The notes under the pieces are model-generated. The model was not told where the DNA came from. It saw nothing but the letters and a program-made list of their open reading frames with translations, and did not search any database. The position numbers and the translations under genes are program-made. 64,000 nucleotides of DNA from Gammaproteobacteria bacterium (GTDB taxonomy: Bacteria > Pseudomonadota > Gammaproteobacteria > UBA4575): positions 256,001 to 320,000 of the forward strand of contig CBDEUS010000001.1 in NCBI GenBank assembly GCA_965243395.1, in the 5' to 3' direction. Shown one piece after another: positions 40,236 through 49,535 of this stretch. The number at the start of each line of letters is the position of its first letter. The stretch's first letter is position 1.

Positions 40236-40562
40236 TTATTTTGAAAGTTTACTTTTGCTAATAACCATCGCAATTTCACATTGTTGTCGTTCAGCAAACG
40301 CTACTTCATCAGGGTCTAAATTATTTTCAAAGTTGTATACTCGATCTATAAGCGGAATTACCACGCTTTGTTCTCCATAACTAATACTTTGATCTAAATA
40401 TTTTTTTATTAAGTCATATTCTTTGATTCCATTGTCTCGGTTTTGCGCAACGACATTTGCGGCATTTCCAAGCCACTCACAAAATGTATTGTTAGAGTCT
40501 TGTGCATACGTAGATGCATTCACTACTAATAAAAAAATAATTGTTATTACTCGATGTTTCAT
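40236..40562 (-). CDS. exported hypothetical protein
   Basis: AGGAG RBS; signal peptide; two Cys. Confidence 0.65.
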   Translation of the reverse strand: MKHRVITIIFLLVVNASTYAQDSNNTFCEWLGNAANVVAQNRDNGIKEYDLIKKYLDQSISYGEQSVVIPLIDRVYNFENNLDPDEVAFAERQQCEIAMVISKSKLSK

Positions 40563-40640
40563 TATTTCTCTCCTGTGATAGTTGCTGGTGAACATCCCTG
40601 TTCTATACTCGTCCTTGATCGCTAACGCTAAACACAGCAA

Positions 40641-40868
40641 TTAAGCTTGACCGCTGTAATCTTGCTTAAGCTTGTCGGTATCAACCATGAACTTGCGAGT
40701 TTCAGCATTAAATTTATCAAGAGGACCTTGAGCAACAATTTCTGGTCTGTTGTTGTCGCGAGCTTCATAGTCAGTTGCTTGTGCGGTATCAATTGATAAT
40801 CCACCTTGCGCCCATGCAAAGTTGGTGGCTGCAAGTAATACTGCTGTTAATAGTGCTTTTGCTTTCAT
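40641..40868 (-). CDS. small exported protein
   Basis: AGGAG RBS; signal peptide AWA. Confidence 0.7.
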   Translation of the reverse strand: MKAKALLTAVLLAATNFAWAQGGLSIDTAQATDYEARDNNRPEIVAQGPLDKFNAETRKFMVDTDKLKQDYSGQA

Positions 40869-40936
40869 ATCTAATCTCCTAAAAAAATGTTTAAAAGTTA
40901 AAGAACATCAACATTAATGTTCTTGCTTAGCTATAT

Positions 40937-40953
40937 TGCATACAGTGTGCCAA
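40937..40953 (-). promoter_or_regulatory. sigma54 -24/-12 promoter
   Basis: minus strand TTGGCACACTGTATGCA; divergent from a bEBP gene. Confidence 0.8.
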
Positions 40954-40999
40954 CTTCTCTTTTTCAATAAATTCAAGGAGTTGCAGAAAATTACTGCTT

Positions 41000-41040
41000 A
41001 CGAAATATTGGGATTCCCAAAATATTGGGAATGAAATTTT
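41000..41040. promoter_or_regulatory. putative bEBP upstream activating sequence
   Basis: tandem ACGAAATATTGG / CCAAAATATTGG / ATGAAATTTT. Confidence 0.5.
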
Positions 41041-41127
41041 AAAAATTTGTATAATTTCGTTATCAACTCAAATATTTCCTCTCCTGGGAGATTCTTGAAT
41101 TGAATATAAGAATAATTAGTGATTTAA

Positions 41128-42642
41128 ATGGAGATTTGCTCCATGTCTCAAGCAAAATCTATCGATGTTTATGATGATGAATCTGAAAGATTCATACTTG
41201 AACATGATCTGATACTAGAATCAGCAGGCGAAGGTATTTATGGAATTGATGCACAAGGGCGTGGTCGATTTGTAAATAAATCTGCAAAAGATTTATTGGG
41301 GTGGGATGTTGAAGATTTTAGAAAAACAAATTCCCACGATGCGCACCACCATACTAAAGCTGATGGAACTCCCTATCCAAAGGAAGAGTGCCCAATTTAT
41401 GCTGCACTAAAAGATGGAAAAGTGCATCGATGCGATAATGAAGTCTTTTGGAGTAAAGATGGTAAAGCTGTTCCTGTTGAATACACGAGTACCCCAATAA
41501 TTAAGGAAAATGAAATTATTGGGGCAGTAGTTGTATTTAGAGATATTACGGAACGAAAAAAAATTGCAATTGAGTTAGAAAAAGCGTTTGAGGATATTCA
41601 AAAACTACATATAGCATTAAAAAAAGAGCGCGACTATTTAAGAGAAGAAGTCGAACATACCGTTAAATTTGGGGATATTATTGGCGAGAGTCCTGCTCTA
41701 AAACAAATGTTAGTGCAGATTGAAGCTGTTGCTTCCACGCCTGCTAATGTTTTAATTTACGGAGAGTCAGGTACCGGAAAAGAACTTACCGCACGTGCAA
41801 TACATAACCGTAGTGATCGCTCTAAGAGCCCCCTAATAAAAGTAAATTGTGCATCAATCCCTAAAGATTTATTTGAAAGCGAATTCTTTGGTCATGTTAG
41901 AGGATCGTTTACTGGCGCTCATCGAGATCGTGTTGGACGATTTGAACTCGCTCATGGTGGAACTTTGTTTTTAGATGAAATTGGTGAAATTCCGTTAGAA
42001 CTTCAAAGTAAATTACTTCGTGTCTTACAAGAGAACGAGTTTGAAAGAATTGGTGATGAAAAAACAAGAAAAGCTGATGCTAGAATTATTGCGGCAACTA
42101 ATCGTGACTTACAAAGTGAAGTCGAAAAAGGAAATTTCCGAGAAGACTTGTTTTACCGTTTAAGTGTATTTCCAATAGAGGTGCCTCCTCTGAGAAAACG
42201 ACGTGAAGATATAGTCCCTCTCGCTCTTCATTTTATGAGTAAACAGTGTACAGATATGGGCAAATGCGACTATAAGCTCACCCGTGAGCAAGGACGTTTG
42301 CTCGAGAATTATAGTTGGCCTGGGAATATTCGTGAACTTGAACATGTTATTGCAAGGGCGGCAATTTTATCAAAAGGCAAAAAACTACTATTAGACCCTA
42401 ATTTGTTCAGTCCCAAAGAATCAAAAGTTCATGAAGAAACAATTTCGTCGAAAAAACTTAAAAAGTCAAAGTTTTTGACAGCAGATGAATTTAAGCAAAA
42501 AGAGAAAGAAAATATTATTGCAGCATTAACTGAAAGCAATTGGCGAGTCGCCGGTAAAGCTGGTGCAGCTGAGCTGTTAGGATTGAAGCCAACTACCTTG
42601 GCACATCAGATGAAAAAGCTAAATATTCAAAAACCAGCTTGA
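41128..42642 (+). CDS. PAS-containing sigma54-dependent activator (FhlA/NifA-like)
   Basis: PAS domain, GESGTGKE, GSFTGA, LFLDEIG, WPGNIREL, C-terminal HTH. Confidence 0.93.
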   Translation: MEICSMSQAKSIDVYDDESERFILEHDLILESAGEGIYGIDAQGRGRFVNKSAKDLLGWDVEDFRKTNSHDAHHHTKADGTPYPKEECPIYAALKDGKVHRCDNEVFWSKDGKAVPVEYTSTPIIKENEIIGAVVVFRDITERKKIAIELEKAFEDIQKLHIALKKERDYLREEVEHTVKFGDIIGESPALKQMLVQIEAVASTPANVLIYGESGTGKELTARAIHNRSDRSKSPLIKVNCASIPKDLFESEFFGHVRGSFTGAHRDRVGRFELAHGGTLFLDEIGEIPLELQSKLLRVLQENEFERIGDEKTRKADARIIAATNRDLQSEVEKGNFREDLFYRLSVFPIEVPPLRKRREDIVPLALHFMSKQCTDMGKCDYKLTREQGRLLENYSWPGNIRELEHVIARAAILSKGKKLLLDPNLFSPKESKVHEETISSKKLKKSKFLTADEFKQKEKENIIAALTESNWRVAGKAGAAELLGLKPTTLAHQMKKLNIQKPA

Positions 42643-42723
42643 TAAAATTAAATGACCATAACGACTATCAAACTGCAAAGATATCAAGATTAAATTAACA
42701 AACTGGATTTATTTAAATCATAA

Positions 42724-43380
42724 ATGAATGAAAACCTAGGTAAAGTCATTTCAATTAATGTTGGGCTTCCAACAGAATTTGAATATAAAGGTCGCAAAGC
42801 CAAGAGCGCAATTTGGAAAAATCCGGTTAATGGTAAAGTTTTTGCTCGAGGTATCAATCTCGAAGGTGATGATCAAGCTGATCGGGAAGCTCATGGAGGA
42901 TATGATAAAGCAGTCTATGCTTATGCAAGTGAAGATTTAACATGGTGGGGAAATGAAATTGGACGTGATCTAAAACCTGGTGAGTTAGGGGAAAATTTAA
43001 CATTAAAAGGCATAGCCATTAATGATGCTCTGATTGGAGAACAATGGAAGGTTGGTGAAGTTACATTAGAAGTATCTGAACCGAGAATACCATGTTGGCG
43101 ATTGGGGGTCAGAATGAATGATAAAACCTTTCCGCGAAAATTTACAAAGGCATTAAGACCAGGCGCATACCTAAGAATAGTGCAGGAAGGTTCGCTCGAA
43201 AAAGGAAATTCAGTAGAGGTTATAGAAAAGCCTGATCATGCTTTGAGTATTCGCGATGTGTTTGAGATATATACTCAAACCCACGCAAATGCGAATAGAA
43301 TTCTTGAAGTAACTAAAATGTCAGATGCTTGGAAAAGTTGGGCAAATAAAACAGTACAAAAAAATAAGTTTGATTCCTAA
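42724..43380 (+). CDS. MOSC domain protein (YiiM-like)
   Basis: GDDQAD..HGG.DKAV, GENLT, PRIPC. Confidence 0.9.
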   Translation: MNENLGKVISINVGLPTEFEYKGRKAKSAIWKNPVNGKVFARGINLEGDDQADREAHGGYDKAVYAYASEDLTWWGNEIGRDLKPGELGENLTLKGIAINDALIGEQWKVGEVTLEVSEPRIPCWRLGVRMNDKTFPRKFTKALRPGAYLRIVQEGSLEKGNSVEVIEKPDHALSIRDVFEIYTQTHANANRILEVTKMSDAWKSWANKTVQKNKFDS

Positions 43381-43649
43381 CTAATAATTTGTCAGCAATT
43401 TCTGCTCTTTCGCCGCGCATTTCCGTCGAAGTTGTCTTATTTAAAGTAGTAAACACTAATATATACGCGTCATCCAAGAACGTATCTTATTCGCGCCTGC
43501 ATGTGTTCACATCCCTGCGATCACAAAAAAATACGAATAAAATTACTAGGCGGCTGAAATACTATGCGCTAACGGTAGAGTGTCCTCTGGTATGGGGAAT
43601 TTGTTAGCGTGACAATGTTGGTATCTCAAAGAATGGAGGTTCTGACATT

Positions 43650-43973
43650 ATGAAGTACCTTTCAACTATTTTATTAATTCCATTTTTTTTATTCAGTTCT
43701 AATATCTTTGCTGAAGAAAAGCATGTTTGCACATATGGTGACGCTGTGAGAGTAATTAGCGTTGCGTATGAGGATGATCAAAATCAAGTTCCTTGTGAAG
43801 TGAATTATGACAAGGGAGAAGGTGTGCAAACTTTATGGACCGCAAAATCAGAAATTGGCTATTGCGAAAGCAAGGCGCTTGAACTCATTGAGAAACATGT
43901 GTCTTGGGGTTGGTCTTGTCAAGACAGCGCGCAAGCAGCGAATTCTGTAGATTTAGTTACTGAGTTATATTAA
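43650..43973 (+). CDS. exported Cys-rich hypothetical protein
   Basis: GGAGG RBS; signal peptide; VPCEVNYDK...LW.A..GYCE...GWSC. Confidence 0.75.
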   Translation: MKYLSTILLIPFFLFSSNIFAEEKHVCTYGDAVRVISVAYEDDQNQVPCEVNYDKGEGVQTLWTAKSEIGYCESKALELIEKHVSWGWSCQDSAQAANSVDLVTELY

Positions 43974-43999
43974 ATAGTTTCAGTAAATAACTAAATAAT

Positions 44000-44032
44000 A
44001 AAAAAAGCCCTGCCAAGAAGGCAGGGCTTTTT
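44000..44032. terminator. bidirectional intrinsic terminator
   Basis: AAAAAGCCCTGCC-AAGAA-GGCAGGGCTTTTT. Confidence 0.9.
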
Positions 44033-44075
44033 AAAATTTATCCGTTAATACCTATTAGTTGACGTTAAAATTTAA

Positions 44076-44933
44076 TTAGCCATCAGCAGATTCTGATGGT
44101 TCATCCGAACGAGTAATGGTGGCATTCGCTTCCAATTCATCAACATATTTTTCAACAGATTGGCGCGTGAGATTTTGTTGTATGTTTTGTTTAACGTCTT
44201 CAAAATTTGGTTGATCTGTAGAGCGTTTATCTTCTAGTAATATCACATGCCAGCCGAAACGTGTGTTGACTGCGGTAGTGGAGTAAACACCTTTTTCCAT
44301 TTCTCTTACGGCTTTAGCAAAAGCGGGCACCATGGTTTCCGCTTTGAACCATCCCAGGTCACCACCATTAGGCGCGGATGGTCCTTGTGATTTGGCTTTT
44401 GCTAGTTCTTCAAAGTTTGCACCGGCTTTTAATTCTTCAATTACGGCATTGGCATCTTCTTCAGATTGCAAAAGAATATGTCTTGCCTTGTACTCATTAA
44501 AATCTGAAAGACTTAGCAAACGATCATATTCGGCTTTAAGTTCTTCTTCAGTAAAACTTAAATCTGCAAATTTTTCAGTCATTAAAGTGTTAATTAAAAT
44601 ATTACTTTCTTGACGTTTAATTTGTTCAATAATTTCTGGGCGATCTGCAATGCCAGCATTAACGGCTTCTTGGCGGAGCAATTCTGTTGCTATCAATTCA
44701 TCAGCGATTGCTTTATCAGTAAAATTTGCATCCGGTTGAGATGCGCGTTTTGCTTTAGCGTACGCCTGATATTCGTTATTCGTGATAACTTCATCATTAA
44801 TTTTTGCGAACTCGCCACTGTCATCAGCCGTCATAGTGTCAGAAGACTCTGAGGCTTCCTCTCCTTTACAGCCATAGATAAACCCAAAGCTAAATAGAAC
44901 CAGCAGCAAAGCTGCAATATATTGTTTAAGCAT
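44076..44933 (-). CDS. parvulin-type peptidylprolyl isomerase lipoprotein
   Basis: YKARHIL, GGDLGWF, TRFGWHVI. Confidence 0.92.
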   Translation of the reverse strand: MLKQYIAALLLVLFSFGFIYGCKGEEASESSDTMTADDSGEFAKINDEVITNNEYQAYAKAKRASQPDANFTDKAIADELIATELLRQEAVNAGIADRPEIIEQIKRQESNILINTLMTEKFADLSFTEEELKAEYDRLLSLSDFNEYKARHILLQSEEDANAVIEELKAGANFEELAKAKSQGPSAPNGGDLGWFKAETMVPAFAKAVREMEKGVYSTTAVNTRFGWHVILLEDKRSTDQPNFEDVKQNIQQNLTRQSVEKYVDELEANATITRSDEPSESADG

Positions 44934-44977
44934 AAATGTTTCCTTAGAAGTTGAGAGGGTAAATAATTTAATGAATA

Positions 44978-45277
44978 TTAGGGTAGGACATGCTTAAAAG
45001 GTTTCACAATTACCTTTTCATATACGCCTGCGGCAATATAAGGGTCGTCATCTGCCCAGGCTTGTGCGCTTTCAAGTGAATCAAACTCTGCGACAATTAA
45101 GCTACCCGTAAACCCCGCATCACCAGGATCAGGGCTATCAATGGCTGGGTGAGGTCCGGCAATGATCAATCGGCCTTGGTCTTTGAGATCATTTAAGCGC
45201 GCAATATGTTGTTCACGAACTGATAGACGTTTTTCAAGACTATTTTCTACGTCTTGACTGATGAAAGCATATAACAT
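44978..45277 (-). CDS. yciI: YciI family protein
   Basis: [25 protein letters not shown]. Confidence 0.92.
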   Translation of the reverse strand: MLYAFISQDVENSLEKRLSVREQHIARLNDLKDQGRLIIAGPHPAIDSPDPGDAGFTGSLIVAEFDSLESAQAWADDDPYIAAGVYEKVIVKPFKHVLP

Positions 45278-45382
45278 GGTAAATTTGATTGATTATAGAG
45301 TTTGAGTATAACAATAATTTTCAGATTACAGTGTAAACGAGGCATATGTTGCCTCACGCATTATAATAGCAATTAGATTCTC

Positions 45383-46006
45383 ATGAGCCAGTATTTTGTA
45401 ATTCACCCCGTTACACCGCAGAAGCGTTTAATCCATGGCGCGGTCGAAATAATCGATCAAGGAGGATTGATTGTTTATCCAACCGATTCTTGTTATGCAT
45501 TAGGATGTCACATTGGTGATAAACAAGCTACGCAAAGAATTCGTAAAATCCGAAACGTAGATGATAAACACCACTTCACTTTAGTATGCCGTGATCTTTC
45601 CGAATTATCCAATTATGCTCTTGTTGACAACAGTGCTTATCGACTAATGAAAACTTGCACACCGGGGCCTTATACTTTTTTATTGAAGGCTACACATGAG
45701 GTGCCAAGAAGGTTACAAACACCTAAACGTAAAACGATTGGTTTAAGAGTGCCTGATCACCCCATTGCGTTGGCATTATGTGAAGAACTTGGACAGCCAT
45801 TAATGAGCAGCACGCTGATCTTGCCGGAGCAAGAAGAGCCGTTGTCAGATCCTCAAGAAATGCGCGAGGTGCTGGGTAATCAAGTCGATCTTATAATCGA
45901 TGGAGGTTATTGTGGGATTGAAGCGACAACGGTAATTGATTTAGTAGAAAAAAGTCCAACAATCTTGCGTCAAGGAAAGGGTGATGCAAGTTGGCTGGCA
46001 GAATAA
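45383..46006 (+). CDS. yciO: Sua5/YciO/YrdC family protein
   Basis: YPTDSCYALGC, PGPYTF, RKTIGLRVPD. Confidence 0.9.
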   Translation: MSQYFVIHPVTPQKRLIHGAVEIIDQGGLIVYPTDSCYALGCHIGDKQATQRIRKIRNVDDKHHFTLVCRDLSELSNYALVDNSAYRLMKTCTPGPYTFLLKATHEVPRRLQTPKRKTIGLRVPDHPIALALCEELGQPLMSSTLILPEQEEPLSDPQEMREVLGNQVDLIIDGGYCGIEATTVIDLVEKSPTILRQGKGDASWLAE

Positions 46007-46061
46007 TCTCTCTTTCGAGCATATTACTTCCATAATTCGCTGCGTATAATAGACGCGATTA

Positions 46062-46757
46062 ATGAGCACCATTCAAGCAATTACTATTTGGGCAATACCT
46101 GTTCTTTTTGCAATCACCCTGCATGAGGTTGCCCATGGTTGGGCTGCGAAGCAATTCGGTGATTTCACTGCACAGTCACTTGGTCGTTTGAGTTTAAATC
46201 CTATTAAACATATTGATCCAATTGGTACGATAGCAATCCCTGCAATTTTAATCGCAACTACAGGTTTTGCATTTGGATGGGCAAAGCCTGTGCCAGTTAA
46301 CTTTAGTCTGTTGAATAATCCAAAGAAAGATATGGTATGGGTGGCAGCCGCCGGACCATTTGCTAATTTGATGATGACTGCTTTCTGGGCAGTAATCTTA
46401 ATTACTTTTTTAAGTGCTGCGAACAATAATAATCAATATGCCATATTTTTTGTTTACATGAGTATGGCTGGTATTTTTATAAATTTAATATTAATGGTTT
46501 TAAATTTATTACCTGTTCCACCCTTGGATGGTGGTCGAGTCTTAGCAGGACTTGTGCCAGATAAATTTTCAAATATGCTCGCAAAAATAGAGCCATATGG
46601 TTTATTTATTATGTTTGGTCTATTGTTTGCGGGTTTGCTAAACGCACTCGTATTTACACCTTCTATATTGATTTTATTCTATATTATGTCTGTATTAGGT
46701 ATACAACCTGCAGAATTTATTCCACATCTTGAAATGATTTTAGGTTCTAAAAATTAA
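46062..46757 (+). CDS. site-2 protease (M50)
   Basis: HEVAHG, AAGP.AN, NLLPVPPLDG. Confidence 0.93.
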   Translation: MSTIQAITIWAIPVLFAITLHEVAHGWAAKQFGDFTAQSLGRLSLNPIKHIDPIGTIAIPAILIATTGFAFGWAKPVPVNFSLLNNPKKDMVWVAAAGPFANLMMTAFWAVILITFLSAANNNNQYAIFFVYMSMAGIFINLILMVLNLLPVPPLDGGRVLAGLVPDKFSNMLAKIEPYGLFIMFGLLFAGLLNALVFTPSILILFYIMSVLGIQPAEFIPHLEMILGSKN

Positions 46758-46761
46758 ATAA

Positions 46762-47973
46762 ATGAGTACAAATCCTTCGCAGAATAATCGTGTGCTATCA
46801 GGTATGCGTCCTACGGGTAAATTACATCTTGGTCATTTGCATGGTGTGTTGCATAACTGGTTAGAGCTGCAACATACACATGAATGTTTTTTCTTCGTTG
46901 CTGATTGGCATGCACTAACAACGGAGTATGACAATACACAAATTATTTCAAATAGTGTTACAGAAATGGTGATTGACTGGCTATCTGCAGGCGTTAGCCC
47001 TAGTGCGGCAACGTTGTTTATTCAATCTCATGTTCCAGAGCATGCGGAATTGCATTTATTACTTTCTATGATCACGCCTTTAGGTTGGTTAGAACGTGTA
47101 CCGACATATAAAGATCAACAAGAGAAATTAAAAGAAAAAGATTTAGCAACTTATGGCTTTTTGGGCTATCCACTTTTACAAAGCGCAGATATTTTGGCTT
47201 ATAAGGCAGGTAATGTACCAGTGGGTGAAGATCAGGTTGCGCATGTTGAACTCACGCGTGAAGTGGCGCGTCGTTTTAATTTTATTTATGGCAAAGAACC
47301 CGATTTTGAAGAAAAAGCAAAACTCGCAATCAGTAAAATGGGCAAGAAAAACGCCAAGCTTTATCGGGAGCACCGCAAACGATTTCAAGAGCAGGGTGAT
47401 CCTGAAGCGCTAGAAGTGGCCCAAGCACTATTAGAATCTCAGCAAAATATTTCGATAGGTGATAAAGAACGACTATTTGGATATTTAGAAGGCGAGGGAA
47501 AAATAATTTTACCTGAACCACAAGCGCTGTTAACCAAAGCATCCAAAATGCCTGGTTTAGACGGTCAAAAGATGTCCAAGTCTTATAACAACACCATCTC
47601 GTTACGTGAAGAGGGCAAATCACTCGAGAAAAAAATACGTACCATGCCAACCGACCCTGCGCGTGTGAAGCGAACTGATCCGGGTGATCCTAAAAAATGT
47701 CCAGTATGGCAATTTCATGAGATCTATTCTTCAGAAGATACTCGAAGTTGGGTACAGCAGGGATGTACATCAGCAGGTATTGGATGCATTGAATGTAAAC
47801 AACCCATAATTGATGCCGTTGAGCAAGAGATTCAACCGATACGCGAGCGTGCAATGGAGTATGTTGAAGATGAGTCGACGGTGCAAAGCATTATCAAAGA
47901 AGGTTGTGAAGAGGCAAGAGATGTAGCGCGCGACACGTTAGAAGACGTGAGGGAGGCAGTTGGGTTATCATAG
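46762..47973 (+). CDS. trpS: tryptophan-tRNA ligase
   Basis: SGMRPTGKLHLGH, VPVGEDQ, KMSKS. Confidence 0.97.
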   Translation: MSTNPSQNNRVLSGMRPTGKLHLGHLHGVLHNWLELQHTHECFFFVADWHALTTEYDNTQIISNSVTEMVIDWLSAGVSPSAATLFIQSHVPEHAELHLLLSMITPLGWLERVPTYKDQQEKLKEKDLATYGFLGYPLLQSADILAYKAGNVPVGEDQVAHVELTREVARRFNFIYGKEPDFEEKAKLAISKMGKKNAKLYREHRKRFQEQGDPEALEVAQALLESQQNISIGDKERLFGYLEGEGKIILPEPQALLTKASKMPGLDGQKMSKSYNNTISLREEGKSLEKKIRTMPTDPARVKRTDPGDPKKCPVWQFHEIYSSEDTRSWVQQGCTSAGIGCIECKQPIIDAVEQEIQPIRERAMEYVEDESTVQSIIKEGCEEARDVARDTLEDVREAVGLS

Positions 47974-47989
47974 TCACAGAGGAGAACAA

Positions 47990-48826
47990 GTGGCTGATAC
48001 AGAATCCAATTCGCAGGATAATCTTCAAGGTGAATTACCTTTTGCTGTCGTAAAAGGTGAGCCAATGACGGTCCCGCCTGAGGACCTATATATTCCACCA
48101 GATGCTTTAGAAATTTTTCTTGATGCTTTTGAAGGTCCGCTCGATTTACTTCTTTATTTAATTAAACGTCAAAACTTAGATATTTTAACGTTACCCGTAT
48201 TTCAAATTACTCAGCAATATATGAATTACATTGAGCTGATGAAAGAAATGCGACTTGAGCTTGCAGCTGAGTATTTGGTTATGGCGGCTATGCTGGCTGA
48301 AATTAAATCTCGTTTATTGCTACCACGACCCGTTGAAGATGATGAAGAGGATGATCCTCGCGCAGAATTAATCCGTCGTTTGCAAGAATATGAGCGATTC
48401 AAAAAAGTTGCAGAGGAAATTAATGAAATTCCGCGCATGTACCGAGATATTTTTGGTGTTTCGGTTATTCAGTCGGACTATGAATATGAACGTCCCCAAC
48501 CGACTGTAGATATTAAAGATGTGATTGCTGCCTTTCAGGAAGTCATGCAGCGCGCACAAATGTTTGCCAGTCACCATATCGAACGGGAACCACTTTCCGT
48601 GCGTGAAAGAATGTCGATGGTGCTTACGATGCTAAATGTTGAAGACTTTGTAGAATTTAATCGGTTTTTTAAACCTGAAGAAGGACGAAGCGGTGTCATA
48701 GTCACATTTTTAGCATTGCTGGAATTAATAAAAGAACACGTAATTGAACTGGTTCAGTCTGAACCTTTTGCGCCCATCTATGTGAAACCGGCTGTGAAAG
48801 GCCCAGTAGAGGACGAGGTACTCTAA
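47990..48826 (+). CDS. scpA: segregation and condensation protein A
   Basis: FEGPLDLLLYLI, KSRLLLP; GTG start after GAGGAG. Confidence 0.95.
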   Translation: MADTESNSQDNLQGELPFAVVKGEPMTVPPEDLYIPPDALEIFLDAFEGPLDLLLYLIKRQNLDILTLPVFQITQQYMNYIELMKEMRLELAAEYLVMAAMLAEIKSRLLLPRPVEDDEEDDPRAELIRRLQEYERFKKVAEEINEIPRMYRDIFGVSVIQSDYEYERPQPTVDIKDVIAAFQEVMQRAQMFASHHIEREPLSVRERMSMVLTMLNVEDFVEFNRFFKPEEGRSGVIVTFLALLELIKEHVIELVQSEPFAPIYVKPAVKGPVEDEVL

Positions 48827-48831
48827 TTATT

Positions 48832-49482
48832 ATGAAAGATGATCAACTTAAACAGATAATTGAAGCAGCTTTAATGGCTGCCGATACCGCACTGAATATC
48901 GATCGTTTGTTGCAATTATTTGAGCACGATGAAGATAAACCAACACGTGATCAAGTTAAAAATGTCTTGAAAGTATTACAAGAAGAATGTGAAGGTCGTG
49001 GCGTTGAGTTAAAAAGAATTGCCAGTGGCTATCGTTATCAAACGCGTGTCGATGTGCAACCTTGGGTAGCACGATTATGGCAAGAAAAACCACCACGCTA
49101 TACGCGTGCATTATTGGAAACATTGTCTTTAATAGTATATCGCCAACCGATTACTCGCGGTGAAATTGAAGAGGTTCGTGGCGTGAGTGTTAGTAGCAGT
49201 ATTATCAAAACACTTTTAGAAAGAGAGTGGATAAAAGTTATTGGGCATAAAGAAGTACCGGGTCGTCCTGCACTTTATGCAAGCACAAAAAAATTCCTCG
49301 ATTACTTTAATTTAAAAACCCTTAATGAATTACCCACGCTTGCCGATCTTACCGATTTAGATCAAGAACACCCAGAACTTGATCTTGGTGCGCCGGTAGA
49401 GGAAGACGCACAAGCACAGTTAGGGGTTGTTACAGATGCAGGGGATATTGTTGACGTAGAACCGAACCAGACAAGACACTAA
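48832..49482 (+). CDS. scpB: segregation and condensation protein B
   Basis: LETLSLIVYRQPITRGEIEEVRGV, PGRPALY. Confidence 0.96.
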   Translation: MKDDQLKQIIEAALMAADTALNIDRLLQLFEHDEDKPTRDQVKNVLKVLQEECEGRGVELKRIASGYRYQTRVDVQPWVARLWQEKPPRYTRALLETLSLIVYRQPITRGEIEEVRGVSVSSSIIKTLLEREWIKVIGHKEVPGRPALYASTKKFLDYFNLKTLNELPTLADLTDLDQEHPELDLGAPVEEDAQAQLGVVTDAGDIVDVEPNQTRH

Positions 49483-49535
49483 GATTAAATATTTGACTGC
49501 TAATAGCTTTAGAGCTACTAGCAGTCATTCAACTA

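Noticed and set aside
42652-42680. Possible extra 28-bp repeat (ATGACCATAACGACT...)
   Set aside because: Only the left end is weakly similar and the right arm is missing.
43567-43609. attC-like CGCTAAC...GTTAGCG pair and ORF 43389-43607
   Set aside because: Only 43 bp, no L boxes, single copy; the ORF has no RBS or recognisable motif.
47280-47510. Insertion in TrpRS as a possible intein
   Set aside because: No intein terminal motifs; it resembles the helical insertion of long proteobacterial TrpRS.
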